A stretch of 36,767 nt of DNA from a virus. Below, piece after piece: positions 8,188-15,848 of this stretch (positions are counted from its first letter, which is position 1; every line of letters starts with the position of its first letter). The translations under genes and the position numbers were made by a program. The notes below the pieces were generated by a model, which was given only the letters and a program-made list of their open reading frames with translations, was not told where the DNA came from and did not search any database. Location: the UHGV virus genome UHGV-0208078. One strand, 5' to 3'.

Positions 8188-8247
8188 AGAGCCTTGTTAT
8201 AAATTGTAACCCGTTCATGTTCAGGTACGTCACACTACACTGAATAC

Positions 8248-8275
8248 ATATCCCGGGAGAAATCCCGGGAGGAAA
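8248..8275 (+). repeat. tandem ATCCCGGGAG(A/G) x2 upstream of the replisome organizer gene
   Basis: atcccgggagaaatcccgggagg. It contains two CCCGGG palindromes in the intergenic region. Confidence 0.4.
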
Positions 8276-8297
8276 GGAGTGAAAGGCTCTAAGAACT

Positions 8298-9095
8298 ATG
8301 GCTAAAAAGTATTACTGGCTAAAACTGAAAAACAACTTTTTTAGTCAGCCAAAAATAAAAAAACTCAGAAAAATAGCCGGCGGGGATACTTACACGATCA
8401 TATATCTGAAAATGCAGCTTTACAGTCTGGAAGATGATGGAAAGTTATATTTTGATGGCATCGAAGAGAATTTTGTAGAAGAAATGGCGCTGAAGATAGA
8501 TGAAGACCCGGAAAATGTAGGCGTTACAATTCAATTTTTGCTTGCGCAAGGACTTATGATTTTATGTGATGATAATGAGTATTTAATGACGGAAACGCAA
8601 GAATCAATAGGGTCAGAAAGTGACTCCGCACAACGAGTTAGAGCGCATCGTGAGCGAAAAGCGTTACATTGTAACGATACAGTAACATTGTGTAACACAG
8701 AGAAAGAGATAGAGAAAGAGAATAGAGATAGAGTAAAGAGAAAAGAGAAAGAAAAAGAGATAGAAGAGTTATTTGAGCGATTATGGAAAAAATATCCGGA
8801 GAAAAAAGGAAAAGGGCAGGTAAGTAAAAAGAGCAAGGAAAGGCTACTTGATATTGGCTACGAGCAATTCGAAAGAGCGATAAAACGCTATAAAGAAGAT
8901 CTGAAAGAAAATGAATGGAGAAAACCACAATACGGCAGCACCTTTTTTAACACCGGATATGAAGATTATCTCGACAAAAATTATCAGCCGCCAGAGAGGA
9001 CGGCAAAACCGCCAGTAAGCAGAAACTTAAATAACTTCGAACGCAGAGGATACGACATGGACTCTCTGGAAGAGCAGTTATTGAAGTCAAATTAA
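8298..9095 (+). CDS. phage replisome organizer (N-terminal rep_org domain plus DnaD-like C-terminal domain)
   Basis: N-terminus YYWLKLKNNFFSQPKIKKLRK matches the replisome-organizer N-terminal signature as remembered. Central charged linker. C-terminal ELFERLWKKYPEKKGK...AIKRY. Confidence 0.75.
   Translation: MAKKYYWLKLKNNFFSQPKIKKLRKIAGGDTYTIIYLKMQLYSLEDDGKLYFDGIEENFVEEMALKIDEDPENVGVTIQFLLAQGLMILCDDNEYLMTETQESIGSESDSAQRVRAHRERKALHCNDTVTLCNTEKEIEKENRDRVKRKEKEKEIEELFERLWKKYPEKKGKGQVSKKSKERLLDIGYEQFERAIKRYKEDLKENEWRKPQYGSTFFNTGYEDYLDKNYQPPERTAKPPVSRNLNNFERRGYDMDSLEEQLLKSN
8655..8770 (+). repeat. GTAAC iteron-like motifs plus purine-rich (GA) tract inside the replisome organizer gene; candidate ori
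   Basis: gttacattgtaacgatacagtaacattgtgtaac has a near-palindrome GTTACATTGTAAC and four GTAAC/GTTAC copies. It is followed by about 70 nt of strand-asymmetric agaaagagatagagaaagagaatagagatagag. Confidence 0.4.
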
Positions 9096-9104
9096 GGAGG
9101 AATT

Positions 9105-9683
9105 ATGGAACCGAAGAAAGTAACGATAAATTACGCTCTACTCTGCAAGGAACTAGAAAAGCAGGGCAAGACGAAAGAGAAATTCTCGGCGGAACTTGGG
9201 AGAAGCAAGTCTTTTGTCTGCAATATGGCGAAGAACCCGGAACAGACAGAAGATTTTGAAAGGACCATGTGTCTACTACTCGGGCTTGAGCCGGGAAGTC
9301 TGGTGAAAGAGCCAGAAAAGAAGGGGATGACTGCGGCACAGGCGCTTACAGTGATCAGGGATGAAATTTTAGAGAATCGTAGAATCATGCAAGAGAATTT
9401 TGAGAAAATCTGGAACAAGCTGAACACCAACACTATCCAACTGGAAAAGATCAAGGACAAGGTCAACGAGGTATCTAAGACTGATTATGACAAGGCGGTG
9501 GAATGGCTAAAAGATAAAATGGCAGGCGGACGATATGACGGAGCGAAGCTGCTCATGGAGTCAGATGCAGCGGGAATCAAACGGTCAGACATCATGAAAG
9601 CGAGAAACGAATTAAAAATAAAGATACAGACAACCGGATATGGGAAGAACTCGAAAGCATGGTGGAGTTTAGAAAGGGAGTAA
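9105..9683 (+). CDS. hypothetical phage early protein (192 aa), HTH-like N-terminus
   Basis: RBS AAGGAGGAAT. Its position after the replisome organizer suggests a replication accessory role. No confident family. Confidence 0.6.
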   Translation: MEPKKVTINYALLCKELEKQGKTKEKFSAELGRSKSFVCNMAKNPEQTEDFERTMCLLLGLEPGSLVKEPEKKGMTAAQALTVIRDEILENRRIMQENFEKIWNKLNTNTIQLEKIKDKVNEVSKTDYDKAVEWLKDKMAGGRYDGAKLLMESDAAGIKRSDIMKARNELKIKIQTTGYGKNSKAWWSLERE

Positions 9684-9685
9684 AC

Positions 9686-9814
9686 ATGAACAGAAAAAGA
9701 TACGGTTTTAGAGTCTATAGGAAACAGTCTACCGGATTGAGACACGGAAATATGGATGCGTTTACGCGCGGCAGCACAAAGCGGAAGAGAAAGAACAGGG
9801 TGAGAGGGAAATGA
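9686..9814 (+). CDS. small basic micro-ORF (42 aa)
   Basis: ATG after GGGAG. Arg/Lys-rich. Its stop overlaps the ATG of the next gene (ATGA). Confidence 0.25.
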   Translation: MNRKRYGFRVYRKQSTGLRHGNMDAFTRGSTKRKRKNRVRGK

Positions 9815-10293
9815 GTATACCAGCACACTTTCTGGATCCCTACAAGTTCCAGATCGAAGAGATGGTAAAGCTCGGATGCACGGATGAGCATATCTGCAGA
9901 GTACTTGAGGATATTACTGGAAAAGAAGTGAAAAAGAGGGTAATAGCAAACAAGAGGATGTGGTTAAGAAAAATGGAAAATAAAAGAAAACAATACGAAC
10001 CGTACAAGGGAGAAATTAAGTGCATGATCGAATACGGACTTACGATCCAGAACATCTATGCAGCAATAAGAGAAGAGAGCGGAATCGATGCAAGTATTGA
10101 AACGTTCAAAAACTTTTTAAAAGACAATGATATGCTGCCTGAGTCAAAGAAACAAGAAACTTCGGTTAAGGATATCTTTGGAACAATCGCAAATTACATG
10201 GAGTTTCACGAAGGCTGGGTACGGACCAGTTGCCGACTCAACAGGGCGATGTCGAATCCAAACCGGATATTAATGCGGAGGTATTTACAGTAG
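9811..10293 (+). CDS. hypothetical protein (160 aa)
   Basis: ORF in the early operon. No family recognised. Confidence 0.55.
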   Translation: MSIPAHFLDPYKFQIEEMVKLGCTDEHICRVLEDITGKEVKKRVIANKRMWLRKMENKRKQYEPYKGEIKCMIEYGLTIQNIYAAIREESGIDASIETFKNFLKDNDMLPESKKQETSVKDIFGTIANYMEFHEGWVRTSCRLNRAMSNPNRILMRRYLQ

Positions 10294-10295
10294 CT

Positions 10296-10448
10296 ATGAA
10301 AAAAAAGAAAGAGAATCCGAAGAAAAATGAAGTACATATCTGTTCTTCTTGTGGACGGGAAATCATCGGAGATTTTGAGTATGTAAAGACAAAAAGAGGG
10401 ACGGAATTGTATTTTTGTAAAGATATGAGGTGTAGGAGGAATGACTAA
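10296..10448 (+). CDS. small zinc-ribbon protein (50 aa)
   Basis: CSSCG...x17...CKDMRC. Start taken at the internal ATG right after the stop of the previous gene. Confidence 0.45.
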   Translation: MKKKKENPKKNEVHICSSCGREIIGDFEYVKTKRGTELYFCKDMRCRRND

Positions 10449-10630
10449 TGCCAAAAGTGAAAGAAACACGCTTGCGAAAAGGCGACACGATCAAATGCGC
10501 TGATGCAGAGGATTGCGTGAGGACAATGAATGAGTTGGCATCCTGCTGTATAGAGACAGATTTTCTCTACGAAAAAGATGGAGAGAGTGGTTTATGGTTG
10601 GAAATAACGGGAGGAAAATTAGATGGATGA
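10448..10630 (+). CDS. hypothetical protein (60 aa)
   Basis: Coupled start (TAATG). Confidence 0.45.
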   Translation: MPKVKETRLRKGDTIKCADAEDCVRTMNELASCCIETDFLYEKDGESGLWLEITGGKLDG

Positions 10631-10904
10631 GAAGAAAGTTAGAGAAGCGATAGAAGCTCTGAAGATTATTAATCTTAAAAGAGTACATCCCTTTTATGAT
10701 TGGGAAGAGATGCGAGAAATAAGAGACATAGCAATCGAAGCACTGAAAAAGCAGTTGCCGAAGAAAGTAGAAAACTGGAATGGACAAGCGTCGTGTCCTA
10801 GATGCAAAAGACTGTTTGGAAATATGGCAGATATAGAAATGTTTTGTCATTGGGATTCTGATTGCTGCAATCATTGTGGACAGAGATTAGATTGGAGTGA
10901 GTAA
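10623..10904 (+). CDS. hypothetical Cys-rich protein (93 aa)
   Basis: CPRCKRLF...CHWDSDCCNHCG. Confidence 0.5.
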   Translation: MDEKKVREAIEALKIINLKRVHPFYDWEEMREIRDIAIEALKKQLPKKVENWNGQASCPRCKRLFGNMADIEMFCHWDSDCCNHCGQRLDWSE

Positions 10905-10905
10905 C

Positions 10906-11079
10906 ATGGAAGAAATTAGAGTCGGAGACATAGTGATGTGCGTTGAATATCCAGGCAATCCATGCGGAATAGTGGTTAAACAGTATCGTCCGACAGCATG
11001 CGGACAGCAGACAATGATTAAATGCAATGACGGGCGGTTATTCCACGCACCAACAAGTGATTTTAGAAAGATAAGGTAA
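10906..11079 (+). CDS. hypothetical protein (57 aa)
   Basis: ATG after GGAG. The ORF track starts at GTG 10897. Confidence 0.4.
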   Translation: MEEIRVGDIVMCVEYPGNPCGIVVKQYRPTACGQQTMIKCNDGRLFHAPTSDFRKIR

Positions 11080-11101
11080 TTGGAAGGAGCGAGGAATAAT
11101 C

Positions 11102-11251
11102 ATGATGGGAAGATGTAAATTAACAAGTATATGCGGACACGATTATTGCTGCATAGAATGTCCGGACAACGATATTTGTAATATACAGTGTGCAGATAAG
11201 GACATGTATGAGTATTGTGCGGAGTGTCCGGAATATGAGGAGGTGGAGTGA
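11102..11251 (+). CDS. Cys-rich micro-protein (49 aa)
   Basis: RBS GGAAGGAG. MMGRCKLTSICGHDYCCIECPDNDICNIQCADKDMYEYCAECPEYEEVE, about 10 Cys. Confidence 0.45.
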   Translation: MMGRCKLTSICGHDYCCIECPDNDICNIQCADKDMYEYCAECPEYEEVE

Positions 11252-11406
11252 TGAAAAAATATGATATTTTAATTGCAAAATTGTATGCGTGCTGTGGAAA
11301 TCAGGAAGAGTTTCCGCGTGAGCCGATTACCGTTGATACTAATAAAATGAGTGAGTTATTAGAAGGTGTATTTATAGAAGCGGGATTGTTGGAGGCGGAA
11401 CAATGA
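11251..11406 (+). CDS. small hypothetical protein (51 aa)
   Basis: TGATG overlap with the previous micro-ORF. MKKYDILIAKLYACCGNQEEF... Confidence 0.4.
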   Translation: MKKYDILIAKLYACCGNQEEFPREPITVDTNKMSELLEGVFIEAGLLEAEQ

Positions 11407-11600
11407 AAGATGTGGAAGTTGCAGTTAGGTGCATTCCTGCCGAAGTTGTATTTGAATGCCCATATTGCGAAGAAGAAAATGAATATGATTATTCAGAATT
11501 TTGTGATTTATGTGGACAACCGTCAGATTGGGATTATGAAATATTAGAATGTCAAAAATGCGGGAAGAAATTTGAAATACAAGGTCAAGAATGGAGTTGA
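11403..11600 (+). CDS. double zinc-ribbon small protein (65 aa)
   Basis: CPYCEEEN...CDLCGQ and CQKCGKKF. Confidence 0.5.
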   Translation: MKDVEVAVRCIPAEVVFECPYCEEENEYDYSEFCDLCGQPSDWDYEILECQKCGKKFEIQGQEWS

Positions 11601-11604
11601 TAAC

Positions 11605-12060
11605 ATGAACGCATTAGAGAAGATTTTGGACAAAATTGAAGAACGTATGAATATGATTGAAAACATTCCAGTAGATGAAGATGATGGTTTTCTGGATGGT
11701 GAGGAATGTTATGAAGCCGGAAGAGTACAAGGTCGGTATGAAGAGCTGGTATGGTGCAGAAATATGATTCGTTCCCACATGGATGAAGTTCAAAACTGTG
11801 GAGATTACAGCCGAAGAAAATGGTATCAAAAAGGATACGAGGACGGAAAGAAAGATAATGACTGGATCCCTTACACAGAACAAAATATGCCTAAGAAAGA
11901 AGGTGTATATCTTGCAACGTGTGACGATGAAGAATATCCGGTAAAGAGAATGAGATTTAAAAAAGAGGATGAATATGGTCTCTGGTATGACGATTATGGG
12001 ATTTATGACGGGGTAATATTTGCATGGCAGCCACTTCCAAAACCATACAAGGAGGAATAA
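11605..12060 (+). CDS. DUF551-domain phage protein
   Basis: C-terminus WIPYTEQNMPKKEGVYLATCDD...GVIFAWQPLPKPYKEE matches the DUF551 ending (AWMPLPEPY) as I remember it. Confidence 0.65.
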   Translation: MNALEKILDKIEERMNMIENIPVDEDDGFLDGEECYEAGRVQGRYEELVWCRNMIRSHMDEVQNCGDYSRRKWYQKGYEDGKKDNDWIPYTEQNMPKKEGVYLATCDDEEYPVKRMRFKKEDEYGLWYDDYGIYDGVIFAWQPLPKPYKEE

Positions 12061-12061
12061 C

Positions 12062-12253
12062 ATGGACATTTTAATCACAATCGCATTTTTGACCCTTTAC
12101 TACATATTGGTACTGGGAACCGTGATTACTTTAAAGACAGGATTGGAAGAGGATGTAAAACTAGAAGGTGCGGATTACCTGATGGCTGCGGGATTCCCGA
12201 TACTGCTATTTGTGGTGTTTTTGGATTGGATTGTGCGGAAGATAGTGAGGTAG
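12062..12253 (+). CDS. small membrane protein (63 aa, two TM helices)
   Basis: ATG after GGAGGAATAAC. ILITIAFLTLYYILVLGTVITL and AAGFPILLFVVFLDWIV. Confidence 0.5.
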   Translation: MDILITIAFLTLYYILVLGTVITLKTGLEEDVKLEGADYLMAAGFPILLFVVFLDWIVRKIVR

Positions 12254-12257
12254 GAAG

Positions 12258-12851
12258 ATGAAAAAATTTAACTGGGATGAATTTAAAAATAAATACAATA
12301 AGATTGCGGTGCATTGTAAGACCGAGGAAGAAGCGAAAGATTTTTGCAAAAGAATGCATGAGCACGGGATGAAATGGTGCACAGGCAAAAGCTATATGGG
12401 AAAGACGAATTATGAAGAGTACAAAGAAGGAACGTGCTATGTAGGATCCGGAATGTTCTCATCGTATTGGTACTACAATAGCGAAGGATATAAAATCTTA
12501 GAATGGAGTGATTATATGAACAAAGAATTTACCAAGGCGGATCTGAAAGATGGGATGGTAGTGAAACATCGAAATGGTGACAAGAGAATGGTGATAAGCG
12601 AAGCATTAATCGGAGAAGATGGATATGCGGATCGAAACTGCTTTCGAGAAGATTTGACACACAGATATTTTAAAGATCTCGATATTGTTGGTGTCTACGC
12701 AATCCAAGAATATAACAACTTTGCAGATATGCTTTCGGACTATAATTTAGAACTCATCTGGGAGCGCAAAGAACCAAAGAAGATGACAGTGGAAGAAATG
12801 CGACAGAAGTTGGAAGAGCTGACCGGAGAGGAAATTGAGGTGACGGCATGA
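12258..12851 (+). CDS. hypothetical phage protein (197 aa)
   Basis: RBS GGAAG. No family recognised. Confidence 0.6.
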   Translation: MKKFNWDEFKNKYNKIAVHCKTEEEAKDFCKRMHEHGMKWCTGKSYMGKTNYEEYKEGTCYVGSGMFSSYWYYNSEGYKILEWSDYMNKEFTKADLKDGMVVKHRNGDKRMVISEALIGEDGYADRNCFREDLTHRYFKDLDIVGVYAIQEYNNFADMLSDYNLELIWERKEPKKMTVEEMRQKLEELTGEEIEVTA

Positions 12852-13057
12852 GAGGAGCAACCTTAAAGCATAGACGCAGCGCAAAGGAAATGAAACGAGA
12901 TCAGGAAGATCATTTTGCTGATCTGGCAGAACATGAACCACCGGAAGGAGCGAAGAGGTGGATGAAGAGTCAACCGTACAAAACGCACACGGTAGAAGAC
13001 TGCTTGAGAAAATGGGGAGTAGATACGAAAGGGAGTGTGATCAATGGAGCGAAATAG
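12848..13057 (+). CDS. hypothetical protein (69 aa)
   Basis: Coupled ATGA start. Confidence 0.45.
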   Translation: MRGATLKHRRSAKEMKRDQEDHFADLAEHEPPEGAKRWMKSQPYKTHTVEDCLRKWGVDTKGSVINGAK

Positions 13058-13460
13058 AGAAAATGAGGAAAAGAAGAAGTATTTGCGTGGATATAGAAAA
13101 CATGGAAGACGGATTGAAAGAATAAGCGCCGAACTGGAAGAAATAAAAAACATGAAAGCAAACCCATCCATAAAAACAGATGGAATGCCGCACGGAACGG
13201 ATCAGACGGATTTGTCGGATTATGTGGCAAAGTTGGATGACTTGGAACGGGAACTGTACGAAGAAGGGGTTGAGCAAGTTAGAGAATATAGAGACATAAG
13301 CTGGAAGATTAAGCAAATCGAAGATGAGGACGAGAGGGATGTCTTATTCTACAGGTATATTAAAGGATTGGAGTTTTGGGATATATCTCAGAAAATGGGA
13401 TACTGTGAGAGACATATACATAGACTGCATGGAAGGGCACTAGAGCACATAAAAATTTAA
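13044..13460 (+). CDS. phage late-gene transcriptional activator, sigma-70 region-4-like (ArpU/RinA/DUF1492-type)
   Basis: C-terminal HTH YRYIKGLEFWDISQKMGYCERHIHRLHGRALEHI resembles sigma region 4. It is the last gene before the packaging module. Confidence 0.6.
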   Translation: MERNRENEEKKKYLRGYRKHGRRIERISAELEEIKNMKANPSIKTDGMPHGTDQTDLSDYVAKLDDLERELYEEGVEQVREYRDISWKIKQIEDEDERDVLFYRYIKGLEFWDISQKMGYCERHIHRLHGRALEHIKI

Positions 13461-13563
13461 GATGTCAGTTCATGTCAGTAGTATCCGTGATATTATGGTA
13501 TTGTGGAATTAAGAGATGTGGCATTGAATAGTCAAAGTACTAATTCCTCCACCAAATATCTTA

Positions 13564-13617
13564 GGCACCGTCATACTTTCCCCCTTTCTTGTCTGGCGGT
13601 GTTTTTATGCCGTGGCA
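13564..13617 (+). terminator. stem-loop plus T tract downstream of the late activator gene
   Basis: GGCACCG...CGGTG closing an extended loop, followed by TTTTT. The geometry is imperfect. Confidence 0.3.
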
Positions 13618-13653
13618 AATGTAGGGCAGACAGGTTCGACTCCTGTACACGGC
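13609..13653 (+). ncRNA. tRNA-like 3'-half minihelix (acceptor stem plus T-arm), possible pseudo-tRNA
   Basis: GCCGTG ... ACAGG-TTCGACT-CCTGT-A-CACGGC. A 6-bp acceptor-like stem encloses a canonical TTCGA T-loop. Only 15 nt lie where the D and anticodon arms would be. Confidence 0.35.
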
Positions 13654-13842
13654 TTCGTAGCATATCGCAGTAAATTTTAATTCCGGAATGTTGCGGAAGT
13701 GCTACGAGTGATATCACAAAACGCAGATATCCGCAGATCTGCCAGAACAACAAACAAAAAATAGATTCAGCAATCTATATTTAGTGTAATCAGCGTACCC
13801 GAGTGCGGATAGGGTAGAGGATGTCAATAAAAGGCATCCTAT

Positions 13843-13915
13843 GGGTGTATAGCTCAGTTGGTAGAGCGATCGGCCGTTAACCGATGTGTCGCAGGTTCGA
13901 GTCCTGCTATACCCG
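13843..13915 (+). tRNA. tRNA-Asn (anticodon GTT)
   Basis: Manual fold: acceptor GGGTGTA/TATACCC (one G-U), D-arm GCTC-AGTTGGTA-GAGC, anticodon stem ATCGG/CCGAT with loop CCGTTAA (GTT at 34-36), T-arm GCAGG-TTCGAGT-CCTGC, discriminator G, no encoded CCA. Position 33 reads C rather than the usual U. Confidence 0.7.
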
Positions 13916-14077
13916 TTGCGGACTACTGCAAGGTTTCCTCCTTTTTCTTATAAATTTTGATTGTGTACTTGGTTATTTTGGTTTTTGTTGGCATTTGTAA
14001 TCCTTTCGAGCAGTAGTCCTAAATTCTTGGCATCCAGAGATGGGTGCTTTTATTATGTTTTAAAGGTGGTGAGTCGG

Positions 14078-14545
14078 ATGGCGAAAGGTAAATATCAAGA
14101 GTGGCTAGAGCCGGAAGGCTTGCTAAAAATAGAGGGATGGGCGAGAGATGGCTTGACGGATGAGCAGATTGCAGATAATATCGGGATTTCCAGAAGCACA
14201 TTAAATAGCTGGAAAGACAAGTATTCGGACATTTCGGACACCCTAAAAAGAGGAAAAGAGGTCGTTGATCGTCAAGTCGAGAATGCTTTGCTAAAACGTG
14301 CGCTTGGATATGAGTACACGGAAACGACCAGAGAATACATACCGGAACTCGATGAAATGAAAACTACGAAAAAGGTCACAAAGCAAGTAGCACCGGACAC
14401 TACAGCCCAGATCTTCTGGTTAAAGAACCGGAAACCGGACAAATGGAGAGATAAGCAGGAATATGAAGATAGGACAGCGATTGAGAAGCTGGATGAAATC
14501 TTGAAAGGATTGCATGACAATGCAGCTAAGCAAAAAGCAGAATGA
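14078..14545 (+). CDS. terS: terminase small subunit
   Basis: ATG at 14078 after GGTGGTGA. Its position immediately upstream of TerL and size fit a terminase small subunit. The segment GWARDGLTDEQIADNIGISRSTLNSWKDKY may contain an HTH; the match was not verified. Confidence 0.75.
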   Translation: MAKGKYQEWLEPEGLLKIEGWARDGLTDEQIADNIGISRSTLNSWKDKYSDISDTLKRGKEVVDRQVENALLKRALGYEYTETTREYIPELDEMKTTKKVTKQVAPDTTAQIFWLKNRKPDKWRDKQEYEDRTAIEKLDEILKGLHDNAAKQKAE

Positions 14546-15848
14546 GTACATAATTAACGCTACGCACAGATGGAATATTAAATCCGGTGCGGTACGTTCC
14601 GGAAAGTCTTTTGTCGATACTGCTTATATTGTTCCGAAAAGAATCCGAGATAGAGCTGGAAAGCCCGGCTTGAATGTCATTATGGGAGTCTCTAAAGAGT
14701 CTATAGAACGAAATGTCCTGCAACCGATGAGAGAAATCTATACCAGTGATCTGATCGGGAACATCAATAACCGGAATGTGGCAAGAGTATGCGGCGAGGA
14801 TGTCTATTGTCTCGGTGCGGAAAAGGTCAGTCAAGTTGCAAAGATACAGGGAGCGTCCATTAAGTATTGTTACGGCGATGAGATTGCAAAATGGAACAAA
14901 GAAGTGTTCCAGATGCTTAAATCCCGTCTCGATAAGACATACTCCTGCTTTGATGGAGCTTGCAACCCAGAGCATCCAACGCATTGGCTCAAAGAGTTCA
15001 TTGACAATGCAGAGCTGGACATCTATCTCCAAAAGTACACCATATTCGATAATCCATTTCTGGATCCAGAATTTGTCAAGCAACTCTGCAAGGAATATGA
15101 GGGTACAATCTATTATGACCGCCTCATCCTTGGCTTATGGAAACGAGCAGATGGGGCAATTTATAAGCGGTTTGCTGATAATCCGGAATCATTTAGATGC
15201 GAGATTGTGGATGAGTTCTCTCCAGACTCAGAGTATAAGCAGTTCCGAAAGGAAGATATTACATCAATCGAGATCGGTTTGGACTTCGGTGGTAATCAAT
15301 CTGGTCACTCGTTCGTTGCCAGAGGATATACGGATAATTACAGAGATGTAATTGCGCTAAAATCCCGTAGAATCACGGCGAAAGATGAAAAAGAAGACAT
15401 CGACAGCAATAGGTTGAATGAGTTGTTTTGCGAATTTATCAGAGAAGTAATAGAACAATATTCGGTATGCGTGAAGAGCGGAGACTATGTGCAGTATTGT
15501 AACGTAGAATCCGTATTCTGGGACAATGCGGAGACAGTACTTGGGAACTCTATCCGTAATGCTGTGGAAAAGGAGTTTCCGTGGATCGCTGTCAAACCGG
15601 CAAAGAAAAGACCAATCAACGACAGAATCAGATGCACCGTCAAGCTTATGGGAGCTGGGCGGTTTTTTATTACAAAAGATTGTGAATCTCTGCAAACTGC
15701 TTTTTCGGATGCGGTTTGGGACAAAGAAGCTGTTGGGAAAGATGAGCGTCTGGATGACGGCAGCACCGACATTGACAGCTTGGATGCGTTTGAGTACACA
15801 ATCGAACGTGATATGAAATACCTAATCGAAGAGGTGGAAGATGTTTGA
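14514..15848 (+). CDS. terL: terminase large subunit (PBSX-like family)
   Basis: Walker-A-like KSGAVRSGKSF near the N-terminus. Size 444 aa. Position between TerS and portal. Confidence 0.85.
   Translation: MTMQLSKKQNEYIINATHRWNIKSGAVRSGKSFVDTAYIVPKRIRDRAGKPGLNVIMGVSKESIERNVLQPMREIYTSDLIGNINNRNVARVCGEDVYCLGAEKVSQVAKIQGASIKYCYGDEIAKWNKEVFQMLKSRLDKTYSCFDGACNPEHPTHWLKEFIDNAELDIYLQKYTIFDNPFLDPEFVKQLCKEYEGTIYYDRLILGLWKRADGAIYKRFADNPESFRCEIVDEFSPDSEYKQFRKEDITSIEIGLDFGGNQSGHSFVARGYTDNYRDVIALKSRRITAKDEKEDIDSNRLNELFCEFIREVIEQYSVCVKSGDYVQYCNVESVFWDNAETVLGNSIRNAVEKEFPWIAVKPAKKRPINDRIRCTVKLMGAGRFFITKDCESLQTAFSDAVWDKEAVGKDERLDDGSTDIDSLDAFEYTIERDMKYLIEEVEDV

Noticed and set aside
8531-8928. Minus-strand ORFs within the replisome-organizer gene
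   Set aside because: Shadow frames of the purine-rich linker (Ser/Phe/Leu repeats).
13571-13753. 60-aa minus-strand ORF in the terS-upstream non-coding region
   Set aside because: No RBS. It overlaps the tRNA-like minihelix and hairpins. The region is better explained as regulatory or RNA.
13961-14077. N-terminal extension of terS from ATG 13961
   Set aside because: The extension is hydrophobic junk and crosses the long-range IR. The ATG at 14078 has a proper RBS and begins the conserved TerS N-terminus.
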